From positions 5,652 to 69,651 of the forward strand of contig JBBQMH010000003.1 of assembly GCA_038328755.1 (NCBI GenBank): a DNA stretch of 64,000 nt, in the 5' to 3' direction. Each line of letters opens with the position of its first letter. Position 1 is the first letter of the stretch. This DNA is from Candidatus Limnocylindrales bacterium (GTDB lineage Bacteria > Chloroflexota > Limnocylindria > Limnocylindrales > CSP1-4). Below the pieces are notes generated by a model that saw only the letters and a program-made list of their open reading frames with translations, did not search any database and was not told the DNA's origin. Positions 26,716-37,252 of the stretch are shown here, piece by piece. A program made the translations under genes and the position numbers.

Positions 26716-27338
26716 CCACACCGCTTGGGACACTCGAGTGGATCGAGGAAGGCAACCGCGTCGTCGCCGTCAGCCGTCAAACCCGCGAGACCAGGGTTTC
26801 GGTCAAGGTGGCCCTCGATGGAACCGGCTCGACGTCCATCAGCACCGGGATCGGGTTCTACGATCACCTCCTGACGTCCCTCGGACATCACGCCCTGATC
26901 GACCTCGAGATCGAGGCGACGGGAGACCTCGACGTGGACGACCATCACACGGTCGAGGATGTGGCGCTGGTCCTCGGGGCCGCGATTGCCCGCGCGTTGG
27001 GCGATCGCGCCGGCATCCGGCGATTCGGTGATGCCGTGGTCCCGATGGACGAGGCCATCGCCTCGGTCGCCATCGACCTCGGGGGACGCCCATACGCCGT
27101 GATCGATCTCCCGTTCCGCGCTGAACGGATGGGTTCGCTTTCGACCCAGATGGTCGAACACGCGCTCGAGGCCTTCGCGCGGGCAGCGGGTGCCACCCTC
27201 CACGTCAGGGGCACCGGGCGCAACGACCATCACCTGGCGGAAGCGGCCTTCAAGGCTCTGGCCCGCGCGCTCCGGATCGCGTCTGAAGCCGATCCTCGAC
27301 GGAGCGGGGTGGCGTCTACGAAGGGCTCCGTTTCATGA
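26712..27338 (+). CDS. hisB: imidazoleglycerol-phosphate dehydratase
   Basis: Has ..RQTRETRVSVKVALDGTG.., ..GIGFYDHLL.. and ..DDHHTVEDV... ATGA overlap with hisC. Confidence 0.95.
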   Translation: MTTPLGTLEWIEEGNRVVAVSRQTRETRVSVKVALDGTGSTSISTGIGFYDHLLTSLGHHALIDLEIEATGDLDVDDHHTVEDVALVLGAAIARALGDRAGIRRFGDAVVPMDEAIASVAIDLGGRPYAVIDLPFRAERMGSLSTQMVEHALEAFARAAGATLHVRGTGRNDHHLAEAAFKALARALRIASEADPRRSGVASTKGSVS

Positions 27339-28042
27339 CGACGGGCCACCGCGACCGCACCTTGCGGGTGGCGGTCGTCGACTACGGTGCCGGAAACCTG
27401 GTGAGCATCGACCAGGCGCTGACCTTTGTGGGCGCCGAGGTCCACGTTGCGACCAGCGCGAGCGATCTCGACCGGGCGGACGCGGTGATCGTCCCGGGGG
27501 TCGGTGCAGCAGCTCCCGCGATGGACCGCCTTGCGAAGGCCGGACTCGTTGATCCGCTCCTTCGCTGGATTGCTCTGGGTCGGCCCTATCTCGGCATCTG
27601 TCTCGGCCTTCAGCTCCTGTTCGATGGCAGTGACGAGGACGGCGCCTCGACGTTCGGCGTGCTCCCGGGGAGAACGGTGATCCTGGCCGACGCCCCGACC
27701 CTTCCCCATATCGGCTGGAACCAAGTGGAGCGGCGTCACGAGCACACGCTCTTCACCGGCATCGATGACGGCGAGGACTTCTACTTCGTCCATTCCTACG
27801 CCGGTCGGCCGGAGGGTCCGGGCGCTGAGTCGGTGACCATCGCGGAGACGACCCACGGGTCCACATTCGTCTCGGCGATCGATCACGGCAACGTGCTCGG
27901 GGTCCAGTTCCACCCGGAGCGGAGCGGCGGGGCGGGCCTGCGCCTGCTCGGGAACTTCACCCGCTGGGCCACGGCCCTGGCCGCCGGTGCGGGCGCTGAA
28001 CGCAGTCCGGTTGGCGCCGGCGGCACGGCTGGGGGCGACTGA
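27335..28042 (+). CDS. hisH: imidazole glycerol phosphate synthase, glutaminase subunit
   Basis: Has ..[11 protein letters not shown].., ..VPGVGAA.., ..[10 protein letters not shown].. (catalytic Cys) and ..GVQFHPERS... Confidence 0.95.
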   Translation: MTTGHRDRTLRVAVVDYGAGNLVSIDQALTFVGAEVHVATSASDLDRADAVIVPGVGAAAPAMDRLAKAGLVDPLLRWIALGRPYLGICLGLQLLFDGSDEDGASTFGVLPGRTVILADAPTLPHIGWNQVERRHEHTLFTGIDDGEDFYFVHSYAGRPEGPGAESVTIAETTHGSTFVSAIDHGNVLGVQFHPERSGGAGLRLLGNFTRWATALAAGAGAERSPVGAGGTAGGD

Positions 28043-28043
28043 G

Positions 28044-28835
28044 ATGCTGCGTCGTCGGATCATTCCCTGTCTCGACGTGGCGAACGGCCGCGTGGTCAAG
28101 GGCACCCGGTTCGTGGATCTCGTCGATGAGGGCGATCCTCCCGAACTCGCCGCTCGATACGCGGACGAAGGGGCGGACGAGCTCGTATTCCTCGATATAT
28201 CGGCAGCTCCCGAGGGCCGCTCGACGTTGCTCGACACCGTCGAGCGCACGGCGCGGCGGGCGTTCATTCCCCTCACGGTTGGCGGCGGCGTCCGGACGGT
28301 GGACGACATGCGCCAGGTCCTGCGAGCCGGCGCCGACAAGGTCTCGCTCAATACCGCGGCGGTCCAGAATCCGGCGCTGATCAGCGAGTGTGCGGCCGCC
28401 TTCGGCCGCCAGGCCGTCGTTGTGGCGATCGATGCCCGGGTGGCCACGGGTGCCGACATCTCCGCTCCAACCTGGGATGTGCTGGTTCGTGGTGGCCGTG
28501 ACGAGACAGCCCTCGATGCCGTCGGCTGGGCCGTCAAGGCGGCCGAACTTGGGGCCGGCGAGCTGCTGGTGACGTCGATTGACCGAGATGGCACGCGGTC
28601 CGGGTATGACACCGCACTTCTCAGGGCCATCACCGACCGTGTCTCGGTTCCGGTCATCGCATCGGGCGGCGCGGCCGGCCCGCAGGATTTCGTCGACGCG
28701 GTGGTGGCAGGTGGTGCGGACGCCGTCCTGGCGGCCTCCATCTTCCATCGGCGGATCCACACGATCGGAGCCGTCAAGCAGGCTCTCGCGAATGCCGGCA
28801 TTCCCGTCCGGTTGAGCGTCGGGGTGGGTTCGTGA
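28044..28835 (+). CDS. hisF: imidazole glycerol phosphate synthase, cyclase subunit
   Basis: Has [20 protein letters not shown].., ..DELVFLDI.. and ..[11 protein letters not shown]... Start is 1 nt after the hisH stop. Confidence 0.96.
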   Translation: MLRRRIIPCLDVANGRVVKGTRFVDLVDEGDPPELAARYADEGADELVFLDISAAPEGRSTLLDTVERTARRAFIPLTVGGGVRTVDDMRQVLRAGADKVSLNTAAVQNPALISECAAAFGRQAVVVAIDARVATGADISAPTWDVLVRGGRDETALDAVGWAVKAAELGAGELLVTSIDRDGTRSGYDTALLRAITDRVSVPVIASGGAAGPQDFVDAVVAGGADAVLAASIFHRRIHTIGAVKQALANAGIPVRLSVGVGS

Positions 28836-29533
28836 CTCCCGCCGAACCGCCGATCAGCCCGCGGTTCGGGGCCGATGGTCTCGCGCCGGTCGTCGTCCAG
28901 GACGAGGCCGACGGTTGCGTGCTGATGGTTGCCTATGCCGACGACGAGGCGCTTGCCGCGACGATTGCGACGGGCCAGATGCATTTCCACTCGCGCTCCC
29001 GGGGTCGACTCTGGCGCAAAGGGGAAACGAGCGGCAACGTGCTGCACGTCGTTCGCCTCGAACTCGACTGCGATGGCGACGCCATCCTCGCCACCGTCCG
29101 CCCACACGGGCCAACCTGTCACCGAGGCACATGGAGCTGTTTCGATCAGCCAATCGGCACGGGCGGAGAGGCCCCCGATCGGGTCGGCGCGAGCAGGGAG
29201 CCTGATCCGCAAGGCTTCGGCTGGCTCGAAACGTTGTGGGCCACGCTCGAGGACCGGCGCCGCAATCGCCCTGCAGGGTCGTACACGACATCTCTGCTGT
29301 CCGGTGGCGTCGACGGTGCCGCGCGCAAGGTCGTCGAAGAGGCGACCGAGGTCCTGATGGCCGCCAAGAACGACGCCGCCGCTGAGGCAACGCTGGGCGA
29401 TCGGGAGGCAACCGCGGGGCCAATTGCCGAGGAGATGGCCGATCTGCTGTATCACGCCCTCGTCCTGCTTGCCGAACGTGGGGTTCCGCCGGCCGCGGTG
29501 ATCCAGGTGCTCCAGTCCCGCCACGGACGATGA
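28832..29533 (+). CDS. hisI: bifunctional phosphoribosyl-AMP cyclohydrolase / phosphoribosyl-ATP pyrophosphatase
   Basis: HisI part: ..[38 protein letters not shown]. HisE part: ..[24 protein letters not shown]... GTGA overlap with hisF. Confidence 0.93.
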   Translation: MTPAEPPISPRFGADGLAPVVVQDEADGCVLMVAYADDEALAATIATGQMHFHSRSRGRLWRKGETSGNVLHVVRLELDCDGDAILATVRPHGPTCHRGTWSCFDQPIGTGGEAPDRVGASREPDPQGFGWLETLWATLEDRRRNRPAGSYTTSLLSGGVDGAARKVVEEATEVLMAAKNDAAAEATLGDREATAGPIAEEMADLLYHALVLLAERGVPPAAVIQVLQSRHGR

Positions 29534-29579
29534 GGACCCAGTCTTCGGCGGGGCAAACGGACGGCGGCGCCCGCCAGTC

Positions 29580-30899
29580 CTAGCCGATCTGTCGGCCGAT
29601 CTCCCGACGGCGCTTGCCGATCCGCACTTCCCACCAGGACCCGGCAATCGGCTGCGGCATGACCGCCGACGGGTCCACGACGGCCGCTCCATTGATCATG
29701 AGCCCGCCGTTCTGAATCATTCTCCGAGCCTCGCCGTTCGAGGCGAAGACGCCGGCTGCTGCCAGGACGCCTGTGACCAACCTCTCGGCCGACGCCGATG
29801 GAACGCTGAAGCCGCCAACGCTCAGCCACAGCCGCTCAAGGAGCGCTGCGTCGCTGATCGGCCCCGCGGCGAACAGGGCGGCGGAATCGTCGGCCATCTG
29901 CTGAGCGAGTCCGGCCCCGTGGGTCCGGCCGGTGATATCGAGGGCCAGCGCCTTCTGGGCCGCACGGGCCGACGGACGCGCGACCAGCTCGGCCTCGAGT
30001 CCGTCGATTTCATCGGGTGTCATGGTGGTGAACCAGCGCAGATACACACCGACGTCGCGATCATCCGAGTTGAGCCAGTGCTGGTAGAACGCGAACGGGC
30101 TCGTCCGTGTCGGGTCGAGCCAGATCGACTCGCCCTCGGCCGACTTCCCGAACTTCGCCCCCGATGAGTTGAGCAACAGCGGATACGCCAGCGCGAAGGC
30201 CGAGGCGGGCTCACCGGTGGATGCATCTTCCCTGTCCGAAATCGCTCCCGCCGAGCTCCGTCGGATCAGCTCGAGGCCAGCCGTGATGTTGCCCCACTGA
30301 TCGGCGCCGCCCATCTGCAGTTCCACGCCCATGGTCCGGTGCAGGTGCAGATAGTCCACCGACTGAAGCAGCATGTAGCTGAACTCGGTGTAGGACAGGC
30401 CGCGGTCGAGGCGCACCTGGACCGAGTCCTTGGCCAGCATGTACGGCACCGTGAAGTGCTTCCCGACGTCGCGCAGGAATTCGATCATCGACATCGACGC
30501 GAGCCAGTCCAGGTTATTGACCATGACCGCGCCGCGAGGGCCCGAGAAATCGAGGAAGTGCTCGAGTTGAGCATGCAGGGCCGCGGCATTCGCGCCGAGC
30601 GTGTCGGCATCGAGCAGGTTCCGCTCGGATGAGCGCCCCGATGGATCGCCGATCATGCCCGTCCCGCCACCGACGACCGCAATCGGCCGCCCGCCGTGCC
30701 GCTGGAAGTGAATCAGGCCGAAGATCGGGACCAGGTGACCGATGTGGAGCGACGGACCCGAGGGGTCGAAGCCGTTGTAGCCGGAGATCGCCTGGCCAGT
30801 AGCCAATCGCGCCTCGAGCCCGTCCGAGGCGGCATGGAACATCCCGCGCCAGCGCAGTTCGTCGAGCAGCCCGGATGGGCCTGGGGCGAAGGTCGTCAC
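29580..30899 (-). CDS. tyrS: tyrosine--tRNA ligase
   Basis: Has the HIGH motif (LHIGHLVP), KMSKS-type KFGKS, and a C-terminal S4-like domain. Confidence 0.96.
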   Translation of the reverse strand: MTTFAPGPSGLLDELRWRGMFHAASDGLEARLATGQAISGYNGFDPSGPSLHIGHLVPIFGLIHFQRHGGRPIAVVGGGTGMIGDPSGRSSERNLLDADTLGANAAALHAQLEHFLDFSGPRGAVMVNNLDWLASMSMIEFLRDVGKHFTVPYMLAKDSVQVRLDRGLSYTEFSYMLLQSVDYLHLHRTMGVELQMGGADQWGNITAGLELIRRSSAGAISDREDASTGEPASAFALAYPLLLNSSGAKFGKSAEGESIWLDPTRTSPFAFYQHWLNSDDRDVGVYLRWFTTMTPDEIDGLEAELVARPSARAAQKALALDITGRTHGAGLAQQMADDSAALFAAGPISDAALLERLWLSVGGFSVPSASAERLVTGVLAAAGVFASNGEARRMIQNGGLMINGAAVVDPSAVMPQPIAGSWWEVRIGKRRREIGRQIG

Positions 30900-30981
30900 G
30901 GCCGCCCAGCGGGACGCGCGGCGGAACGCCAGGGCACGGACGGAGGGTTCAGCACGACCCTATGGTATCGTCGCCGCCGAT

Positions 30982-33780
30982 ATGCAGACCAGTCTGTCCC
31001 GTCGCCAGCGCCACCGCCGCACCGGCGCAGCGCGACGCGGGCGGGGCGGCGGCGGATCCGCCCGCAGGGCCGCGCTGGCGATCCCGATCCTTCTGTTCGC
31101 GAGTTTCCTCGCGCTCGGCGGCGTGGCGTTCATCGCCAGCGTCAGCGCCTATGCCTACTACAGCCGCGATCTCCCGGACCCGAGCAAAGCATTCGCCGAC
31201 CTCGGATTCGATCAGCCGTCGATCATCTACGACCGGACCGGCACGATCGAACTCGCCCGTCTCGGCGAGCACAAACGTGAGCTCGTCACGTTTGACCAGA
31301 TCCCGCCTGAACTCCTGGATGCCACAACGGCCGTCGAGGACAAGGACTTCTGGAGCAATCCGGGCTTTGATCTCGGGGGCTTCATCAGTGCCACGCTCGA
31401 TACCCTGACCGGCCGGCCGCGTGGCGGGTCAACGATCACCCAGCAGCTGGTTCGTGCCCGGCTGCTCCCGGATCAGGCGTTCACCGGATCGGTCTACGAG
31501 CGCAAGATCCGGGAGATCATCCAGTCGATCCGCCTGACCCAGGCGTTCCCTGACGAGAGCGGCAAAGAGCAGATCATCACCGCTTACCTGAACCAGAACT
31601 TCTACGGCAACCAGAGCTACGGCATCGCAGCGGCAGCACGCGGCTATTTCAACAAGAGCCTTGATGAGCTGACCCTGGCGGAAGTGGCCATTCTCTCCGC
31701 CATCCCCCAGTCACCGACGCAATTCGACCTCGTCAGGAACGCCATCAGGGAGTGCGCCATTCCCGTGGCGACCGGCGACGAGTGCCCCGCGAAGAGCGTG
31801 CAACTCGTGGTCCCGCAGGAGTCGGAGGTCGTGCTCCGCCGCAACAAGGTCCTCGACTTGATGGAAACCCGGAGCGTCCTGTCCGGTTCGAAGCACACCA
31901 TCGCCGAGTACGAGGCCGCGAAGAAGGATCCCGTTGTTCTGTCCAAGCAGGGATCGACGCCCTGGAAGGCGGCACATTTCGTCTGGCAGGTCCGCAATCA
32001 GCTGGGGGCCATTCTATGCGGCCCGGAAAACGCCGACTCGTGTGAGCAGGTCGACACCGGCGGCTACAAGATCGTCACGACGCTTGACTGGACGATGCAG
32101 AAGGTCGTTGACAAGTGGCTGTACGCGGCGGCCCGGGTGTCTAACTTCAAGGATCCTGCGAAATCGCTCAAGGCGCTCGGGATTCCCGAAGCTGACTGGA
32201 AGTGGATTGAGGCGCTCAAGGATCGGAATATCCACAACGCCGCTTCCGCCGTCCTCGACTACCGGACCGGGCAGGTCCTCGCCTATGCCGGGAGTGCCGC
32301 GTACTACGCGGCCGGTGACGTCACCTTCCAGCCGCAATTCGATGTCCTGTCCGACGGATATCGGCAACCCGGCTCGTCCATCAAGCCCCTCAACTACATC
32401 ACGGGCATCAACGACGGGACGATGACCGCCTCCACCATGCTCATGGACGTCACGACCGACTTCGGCGGTACGAAGCCCTTCACGCCGACCCAGTCGGATC
32501 AGCGCGAGCGCGGGCCGGTGCGCCTTCGATCGGCGCTCCAGTTCTCACTCAACATTCCGTCCATCAAAGCCGGCCTGATCAACGGCCTCGACCATCTCTT
32601 CGAGCGGTTCAAGGACTTCGGATTGACCTTCCAAAGTGGGGCCATTCCCGTCACGTCAATGTCGATTGGGACCCTCGAGATCCACCCGATCGAGCTGCTG
32701 TCGGCCTATGGCGCAATCGCTGACGGCGGGGTCCTCCGCCCGCGTCAGATGATCGTGGAAGTTCGCGACAGCAGCGGGGCCCTGATCTACCCGTCCCAGC
32801 CCGTGCAACCGACGGCTGGGACGCAGGTCGTCTCCCCCCAGGCGGCCTACATCGTCACGGACATCCTGCAGGGCAACACGATCAAGAACGTGAACCCCTA
32901 CTGGGGCAAGTGGTACATCGCCGAAGCCGGCAAGCGACGCCCCGCCGCGTACAAGACCGGAACGACGTCCGACAACAAGGACGTGCTGGCGTTCGGGTTC
33001 GTGGCCCCGCCCGAGGATCCGGTTGCCCCAGCCCTGGCCGTTGGCGTCTGGATGGGCAATTCCGATTCGACGCCCAACAGCGGCAGCCTGAGCCTCGATT
33101 CGTCGGCCCCGGTGTGGTCCCGGATCCTGACCGAACTCACCGAGGGCACGCCGGTTGCGACATTCAAGGCGCCCAAGGGGATCGAGACCGCAACCGTCGA
33201 TGCGTTCAGCGGACTGCTGCCAGGCCCATACACCGTGGCGACGGTCAAGGAGATCTACATCCAGGGCACCGTTCCAACGCGGAAGGACGACCTTCACGTT
33301 GTGCTCGACGTCGACCAGGCCACTGGCCTGCTCTGGCAGGATGGCTGCGCCGGCCCCATGGTGGAGAAGGGGTTCCTGGACTTCAGCAGGGTCGAGCCTC
33401 GCTTCCCGAGCTGGCAGGCTTTCACCCAGGGCTGGGCATCCCGCGCGGCAATCGGCTCTGGCGTCGCGGGAGGACCACTCAAGACGCGGACAACCTACTT
33501 CTACCTGAACAGCTTCGCGCCGTTCGGCAGGACGTGGGGCGGCAGGTTCCCGCCGACCAAAGTCTGTGCCCCGGCACCGCCACCGGTGTGCGATCCCGGC
33601 ACGGTGATCGATCCATTCGCGACGGTCGATCCGTTCGGCTCACCGTTGCCAACGCCGTGTCTCGAACCGCCACCTCTGCCGAGCGATACGACGTCGCCGT
33701 CACTCACCCCAGATGTCACGCCGAAGCCCAAAGGCAAGCCGAAGGACTCTCCTCCGCCCTCTGCCCCTCCTCCTCCGTAG
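30982..33780 (+). CDS. class A penicillin-binding protein (glycosyltransferase + transpeptidase)
   Basis: N-terminal TM helix. GT51 motifs EDKDFWSNPGFD and RGGSTITQQLV. Transpeptidase motifs SSIKP (SxxK) and KTGTT. Pro-rich C-terminal tail. Confidence 0.9.
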   Translation: MQTSLSRRQRHRRTGAARRGRGGGGSARRAALAIPILLFASFLALGGVAFIASVSAYAYYSRDLPDPSKAFADLGFDQPSIIYDRTGTIELARLGEHKRELVTFDQIPPELLDATTAVEDKDFWSNPGFDLGGFISATLDTLTGRPRGGSTITQQLVRARLLPDQAFTGSVYERKIREIIQSIRLTQAFPDESGKEQIITAYLNQNFYGNQSYGIAAAARGYFNKSLDELTLAEVAILSAIPQSPTQFDLVRNAIRECAIPVATGDECPAKSVQLVVPQESEVVLRRNKVLDLMETRSVLSGSKHTIAEYEAAKKDPVVLSKQGSTPWKAAHFVWQVRNQLGAILCGPENADSCEQVDTGGYKIVTTLDWTMQKVVDKWLYAAARVSNFKDPAKSLKALGIPEADWKWIEALKDRNIHNAASAVLDYRTGQVLAYAGSAAYYAAGDVTFQPQFDVLSDGYRQPGSSIKPLNYITGINDGTMTASTMLMDVTTDFGGTKPFTPTQSDQRERGPVRLRSALQFSLNIPSIKAGLINGLDHLFERFKDFGLTFQSGAIPVTSMSIGTLEIHPIELLSAYGAIADGGVLRPRQMIVEVRDSSGALIYPSQPVQPTAGTQVVSPQAAYIVTDILQGNTIKNVNPYWGKWYIAEAGKRRPAAYKTGTTSDNKDVLAFGFVAPPEDPVAPALAVGVWMGNSDSTPNSGSLSLDSSAPVWSRILTELTEGTPVATFKAPKGIETATVDAFSGLLPGPYTVATVKEIYIQGTVPTRKDDLHVVLDVDQATGLLWQDGCAGPMVEKGFLDFSRVEPRFPSWQAFTQGWASRAAIGSGVAGGPLKTRTTYFYLNSFAPFGRTWGGRFPPTKVCAPAPPPVCDPGTVIDPFATVDPFGSPLPTPCLEPPPLPSDTTSPSLTPDVTPKPKGKPKDSPPPSAPPPP

Positions 33781-33785
33781 GCCTG

Positions 33786-36155
33786 TCAGCCGAGGCTGAT
33801 CACGGTCGCTCCGTCGCCACCCTCGCCCCGCCCACCCGGCCGGACCTCGCCGGTCAACGGATGGCTGGCAGCTGCCGTCCGGACCGCATCGCGAAGCGCG
33901 CCCGTGCCCATGCCGTGGATGACGGTGACTCGAGGCAGGTTCGCCAGCGATGCGTTTCCGAGATACCGATCCAGGGCCTCGAGCGCTTCCTCGACTCTGG
34001 CGCCCCGGAGGTCGAGGGACGATGGAACATTCCTCGGCGGCTCGATCTTGATTGCCTGGGCCGATGAGGAGTCCATCGAGCCATCCGGCCCACGCCCGCG
34101 CGGAGTGACGCCTGGGATGTCGAGCGCGTCATCCAGATCCGAAACCTGGACGCGGACCCGGATCGCCCCGGATTCGATCATGGCCGTTTCGCCGCCGCGC
34201 TCGATGGCCGAGATTCGGCCGTCCCATCCACCAGAACGGCTTCGCGCCCGATCCCCCACGGCCCAGACGCGAAGCGTCGGCGGCGGGGACTCCCCGGCGG
34301 AATCCTGTGCGGTGACACCGGGCAACCGGGCCGCTGAACCCTCGATACGGGCGAGTGCCTCGTCGAGCGCCGGCGCGGCCAGTTGTCCGCGTTCTAGCGT
34401 CAGCATCAGGGCCTGTACCTCCGCCCGCACCTGCGACAGGAGCAGTTCACCTTCCACCCGGGTCGCCTGCAGAGCCTCGTCACGCTCGCGGCGAGCCTGC
34501 CGACGATCCTCGTTCGCCGCGGCCAGTGCCGTCGCCGCGCGGACCTCGGCGGCACGAGCGTTGGCCAGCGCATCGGTGGTTGCTCCTTCCGACTCGCGGA
34601 TCTGGGCAAGTGTCGCCTCGAACGTGCGCTGGGCGTCAGTCAGGCGGGCACGAGCGTCCGCGACGATCCCGTCGGGCAGGCCGAGCCGCTCCGCGATCGC
34701 GAACGCCTGCGACCCTCCGGGCAGCCCGATCGAGAGGCGATAGGTCGGGCTGAGCGTCGCCAGGTCGAACTCGACCGCAGCGTTCGACGCGCCGGGCGCC
34801 GTATGAGCGTAGGCCTTCAGCTCCGCGTAGTGGGTCGTTGCAGCGACCAGCGCCCCGGCGTGGATGAAGTGGTCCAGCAACGCCTGGGCGAGGGCCGAAC
34901 CCTCGGTCGGGTCAGTGCCAGCCCCGAGCTCGTCGAGCAGCACGAGCGTTCCGGGTCCTGCCTCTTCCACGATCCGGATGATCGAGCGCAGATGGCCGGA
35001 AAAGGTGGACAGCGACTGCGCGATCGATTGCTCATCGCCGATATCCGCCAGGACATCCGAAAGGATCGCAAGACGGCTCCCAGGCGCCGCTGGAACGTGC
35101 AGACCAGCCTGGTGCATCAGCGACAGCAGCCCGAGTGTCCTCAGCGTGACGGTCTTGCCACCGGTATTGGGCCCTGTCACGACCAGGGCGGTGAAACCGT
35201 CGCCAAGTCGGACGTCGATCGGAACCGCGCGGCCACTGAGCCCAGGATGCCTGGCTTGCAGCAGGTTGATTTCGGTCCGGGTGGCTGTCTCGGCCCGCAC
35301 GCCGTCCATCTCGGCCGCAAGGGCGGCCTTGGCGGCCCAGAAGTCGAACCGAGCCAGTGCTCCGAGCGTCTCCCGGAGTGGATCCGCGTGGACTGCAACG
35401 AGCGCTGAGAGCTCATCGAGAATCCGGGCGACTTCCTCTGACTCCGCGACCTGTGCCTCGCGCCAGGCGTTTCCAAGCTCGACGATCACGAGCGGCTCGA
35501 CGAACAGGGTCTGCCCCGATCCCGAGGCATCGTGGACGATGCCCTTGACCCTGCTCCGGGCATCGGCGCGGACTGGGACGACATACCGACCATTCCGGAG
35601 CGTGATGATCGGTTCCTGGAGCGCGCTCCCAATTTCGGATCCGATCAGCGAATCCAGACGCCGCCGAAGTCGATCGTAGGCGACCCGAACAGCGCTCCGG
35701 AGAGACCCGAGCCTGGCGGACGCGGTATCGAGCAGCTCGCCCGCCGGGTCGAACGATCTCGCCAGCGTGGTCCGGATGACCGGCAACGGGTGAAGCTCGG
35801 GCGCCAGATCTCGGAGCAGCGGTCGCCGGTCCTCGGCCAGGGCACTCCGCAGCCGGGTGGCCGCCTCAAGGGTGTCTGCGAGCTCGAGAAACTGGACCGG
35901 ATCGAGACGCCCTCCGCGGGTAGCGCGATCGACCGCCGGGCCGATGTCATGGGCTCCCCCCACGCCGAGTCCCGGTCGCTCCTCGAGCAGTGCGCGGGCC
36001 TGATCCGTTTCGTCGAGGGCTCGCGCCACGAGCACGGACTCAGCGCTGGGTACGAGCGATTCGCACAAGCGGCGGCCCGGCCCAAAGGATGCGTGGGCGG
36101 CTAGCCGCTCCCGGACGAGCGGGAATTCCAGGAGCTCGATCGACCGAGGGTCCAC
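33786..36155 (-). CDS. mutS2: endonuclease MutS2 (Smr domain)
   Basis: GTG 36155 (VDPRSIELLEFPLVRERL..). Has Walker A GPNTGGKTVTL, ..LLDELGAGTDP.. and a C-terminal Smr domain (..LDLRGARVEEAL..VTVIHGMGTGALR..). The ORF-track N-terminal extension to 36452 overlaps the mpg remnant. Confidence 0.92.
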   Translation of the reverse strand: MDPRSIELLEFPLVRERLAAHASFGPGRRLCESLVPSAESVLVARALDETDQARALLEERPGLGVGGAHDIGPAVDRATRGGRLDPVQFLELADTLEAATRLRSALAEDRRPLLRDLAPELHPLPVIRTTLARSFDPAGELLDTASARLGSLRSAVRVAYDRLRRRLDSLIGSEIGSALQEPIITLRNGRYVVPVRADARSRVKGIVHDASGSGQTLFVEPLVIVELGNAWREAQVAESEEVARILDELSALVAVHADPLRETLGALARFDFWAAKAALAAEMDGVRAETATRTEINLLQARHPGLSGRAVPIDVRLGDGFTALVVTGPNTGGKTVTLRTLGLLSLMHQAGLHVPAAPGSRLAILSDVLADIGDEQSIAQSLSTFSGHLRSIIRIVEEAGPGTLVLLDELGAGTDPTEGSALAQALLDHFIHAGALVAATTHYAELKAYAHTAPGASNAAVEFDLATLSPTYRLSIGLPGGSQAFAIAERLGLPDGIVADARARLTDAQRTFEATLAQIRESEGATTDALANARAAEVRAATALAAANEDRRQARRERDEALQATRVEGELLLSQVRAEVQALMLTLERGQLAAPALDEALARIEGSAARLPGVTAQDSAGESPPPTLRVWAVGDRARSRSGGWDGRISAIERGGETAMIESGAIRVRVQVSDLDDALDIPGVTPRGRGPDGSMDSSSAQAIKIEPPRNVPSSLDLRGARVEEALEALDRYLGNASLANLPRVTVIHGMGTGALRDAVRTAAASHPLTGEVRPGGRGEGGDGATVISLG

Positions 36156-36156
36156 C

Positions 36157-36534
36157 CTATCGTCCTCGCGGGCCTGAGCTGGGGCCCGACACCTCGAGGG
36201 GCTCAACGGCACGAAGAAGAACCGCGCCCGCCGTGCCATCCGGGCCGGTGACGACATTGAGGCAGTGATGCATCCCGTAGACAAGGTACACGTAGGCATG
36301 TCCGCCGGCGCCGAACAGGACAGACGTCCGCCCGGTACGTCCTGCGCGAGCGTGACAAGCCAGATCCTCGGGGCCTCCATACGCCCCCGTCTCGACGATC
36401 CGACCCACGCGGAGCGGAACACCCGGCACGTCGCGGACCAGGAGCGCGCCAATCAGTGCGCTGGCGGCGTCGAGAGGATCAGACCCCAGCCGTGCTCGCG
36501 AAAACGGTCGGCCTCTGAAGGGGGTCGCGTTCAG
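36157..36534 (-). pseudogene. mpg: truncated DNA-3-methyladenine glycosylase (Mpg/AAG family) remnant
   Basis: Reads ..[89 protein letters not shown].., the N-terminal half of the family. The frame stops at 36157, 1 nt before the mutS2 start, so the C-terminal ~90-100 residues are missing. There is no canonical start upstream of the conserved N-terminus (only CTG 36534, overlapping the cvpA stop). Confidence 0.6.
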
Positions 36535-37145
36535 TTTCGGAAGACGGATGTCACGTCCGCTGGAAAGAGTCCGCCAAAGAAGAAGAGCAGGGCGGGAACG
36601 AATTGATTCCGGACGACTGACTCCGTGACTGTCGCCTGGAACGCCTCGTGGAACTGGCGGATGAAGACGATTTCGCTACCCCGAACCACGGTGCCGGAGA
36701 CGGTGAAGAACGGATCGGTGATGAGAAAGAACACGGAGAGAAAGAGCGCAGCCTGGAGGAGGCCCAGGAATCCCCCGAGCAACTCGTCCAGGACCGGGTA
36801 CTTCGCGAAAAGCGGCGCGGGCTTGAAGAACAACTGGGTTGCAATGACGGAACCGATGAACCCGGCGAGGAATACGAACCCGAACGCCAGCATGTAGTTG
36901 TAGTCGCGTGTGTACTGCGTCCAGTTCGATGCCAGGAACGACCCGAGCGGGTCCCGGAGCTGGGCCGCCACGAGCAGCGACAGGAGCGTGGTCCCGATCC
37001 CCACGAGGCGGCGCACGACGCCCTGGATATAGCCCAGGATGAACATCCCGGCAAAGGCGAAGTAGATCACCAGGTCGAGACCCGTGATGTGGTTAATGGC
37101 GCCGACGATATCCACGGTGATGGCGCCTCCGCGCGGTTCTGGCAA
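36531..37145 (-). CDS. cvpA: CvpA-family membrane protein
   Basis: Four hydrophobic segments. ..[25 protein letters not shown].. is typical of colicin V production protein family N-termini. TTG 37145 or GTG 37115 (GGAGG 10 nt upstream) are the start options. Confidence 0.8.
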   Translation of the reverse strand: MPEPRGGAITVDIVGAINHITGLDLVIYFAFAGMFILGYIQGVVRRLVGIGTTLLSLLVAAQLRDPLGSFLASNWTQYTRDYNYMLAFGFVFLAGFIGSVIATQLFFKPAPLFAKYPVLDELLGGFLGLLQAALFLSVFFLITDPFFTVSGTVVRGSEIVFIRQFHEAFQATVTESVVRNQFVPALLFFFGGLFPADVTSVFRN

Positions 37146-37252
37146 TCAACGCAGGAACGGGCATCGTCCCAGTCGCTCCAACAGCGTAGCAGCGCGGCTC
37201 CGCCCGGAGCAACATCGTTGGCCTCGGTCAAACTGCCGGGTCGTTTCTGGCC

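Noticed and set aside
30900-30981. T-box leaders upstream of tyrS, and likewise pheS at 40792-40914
   Set aside because: The spacers are only 82 and 123 nt, too short for stem I plus the antiterminator. Neither contains a GGUGGNACCGCG-like T-box sequence.
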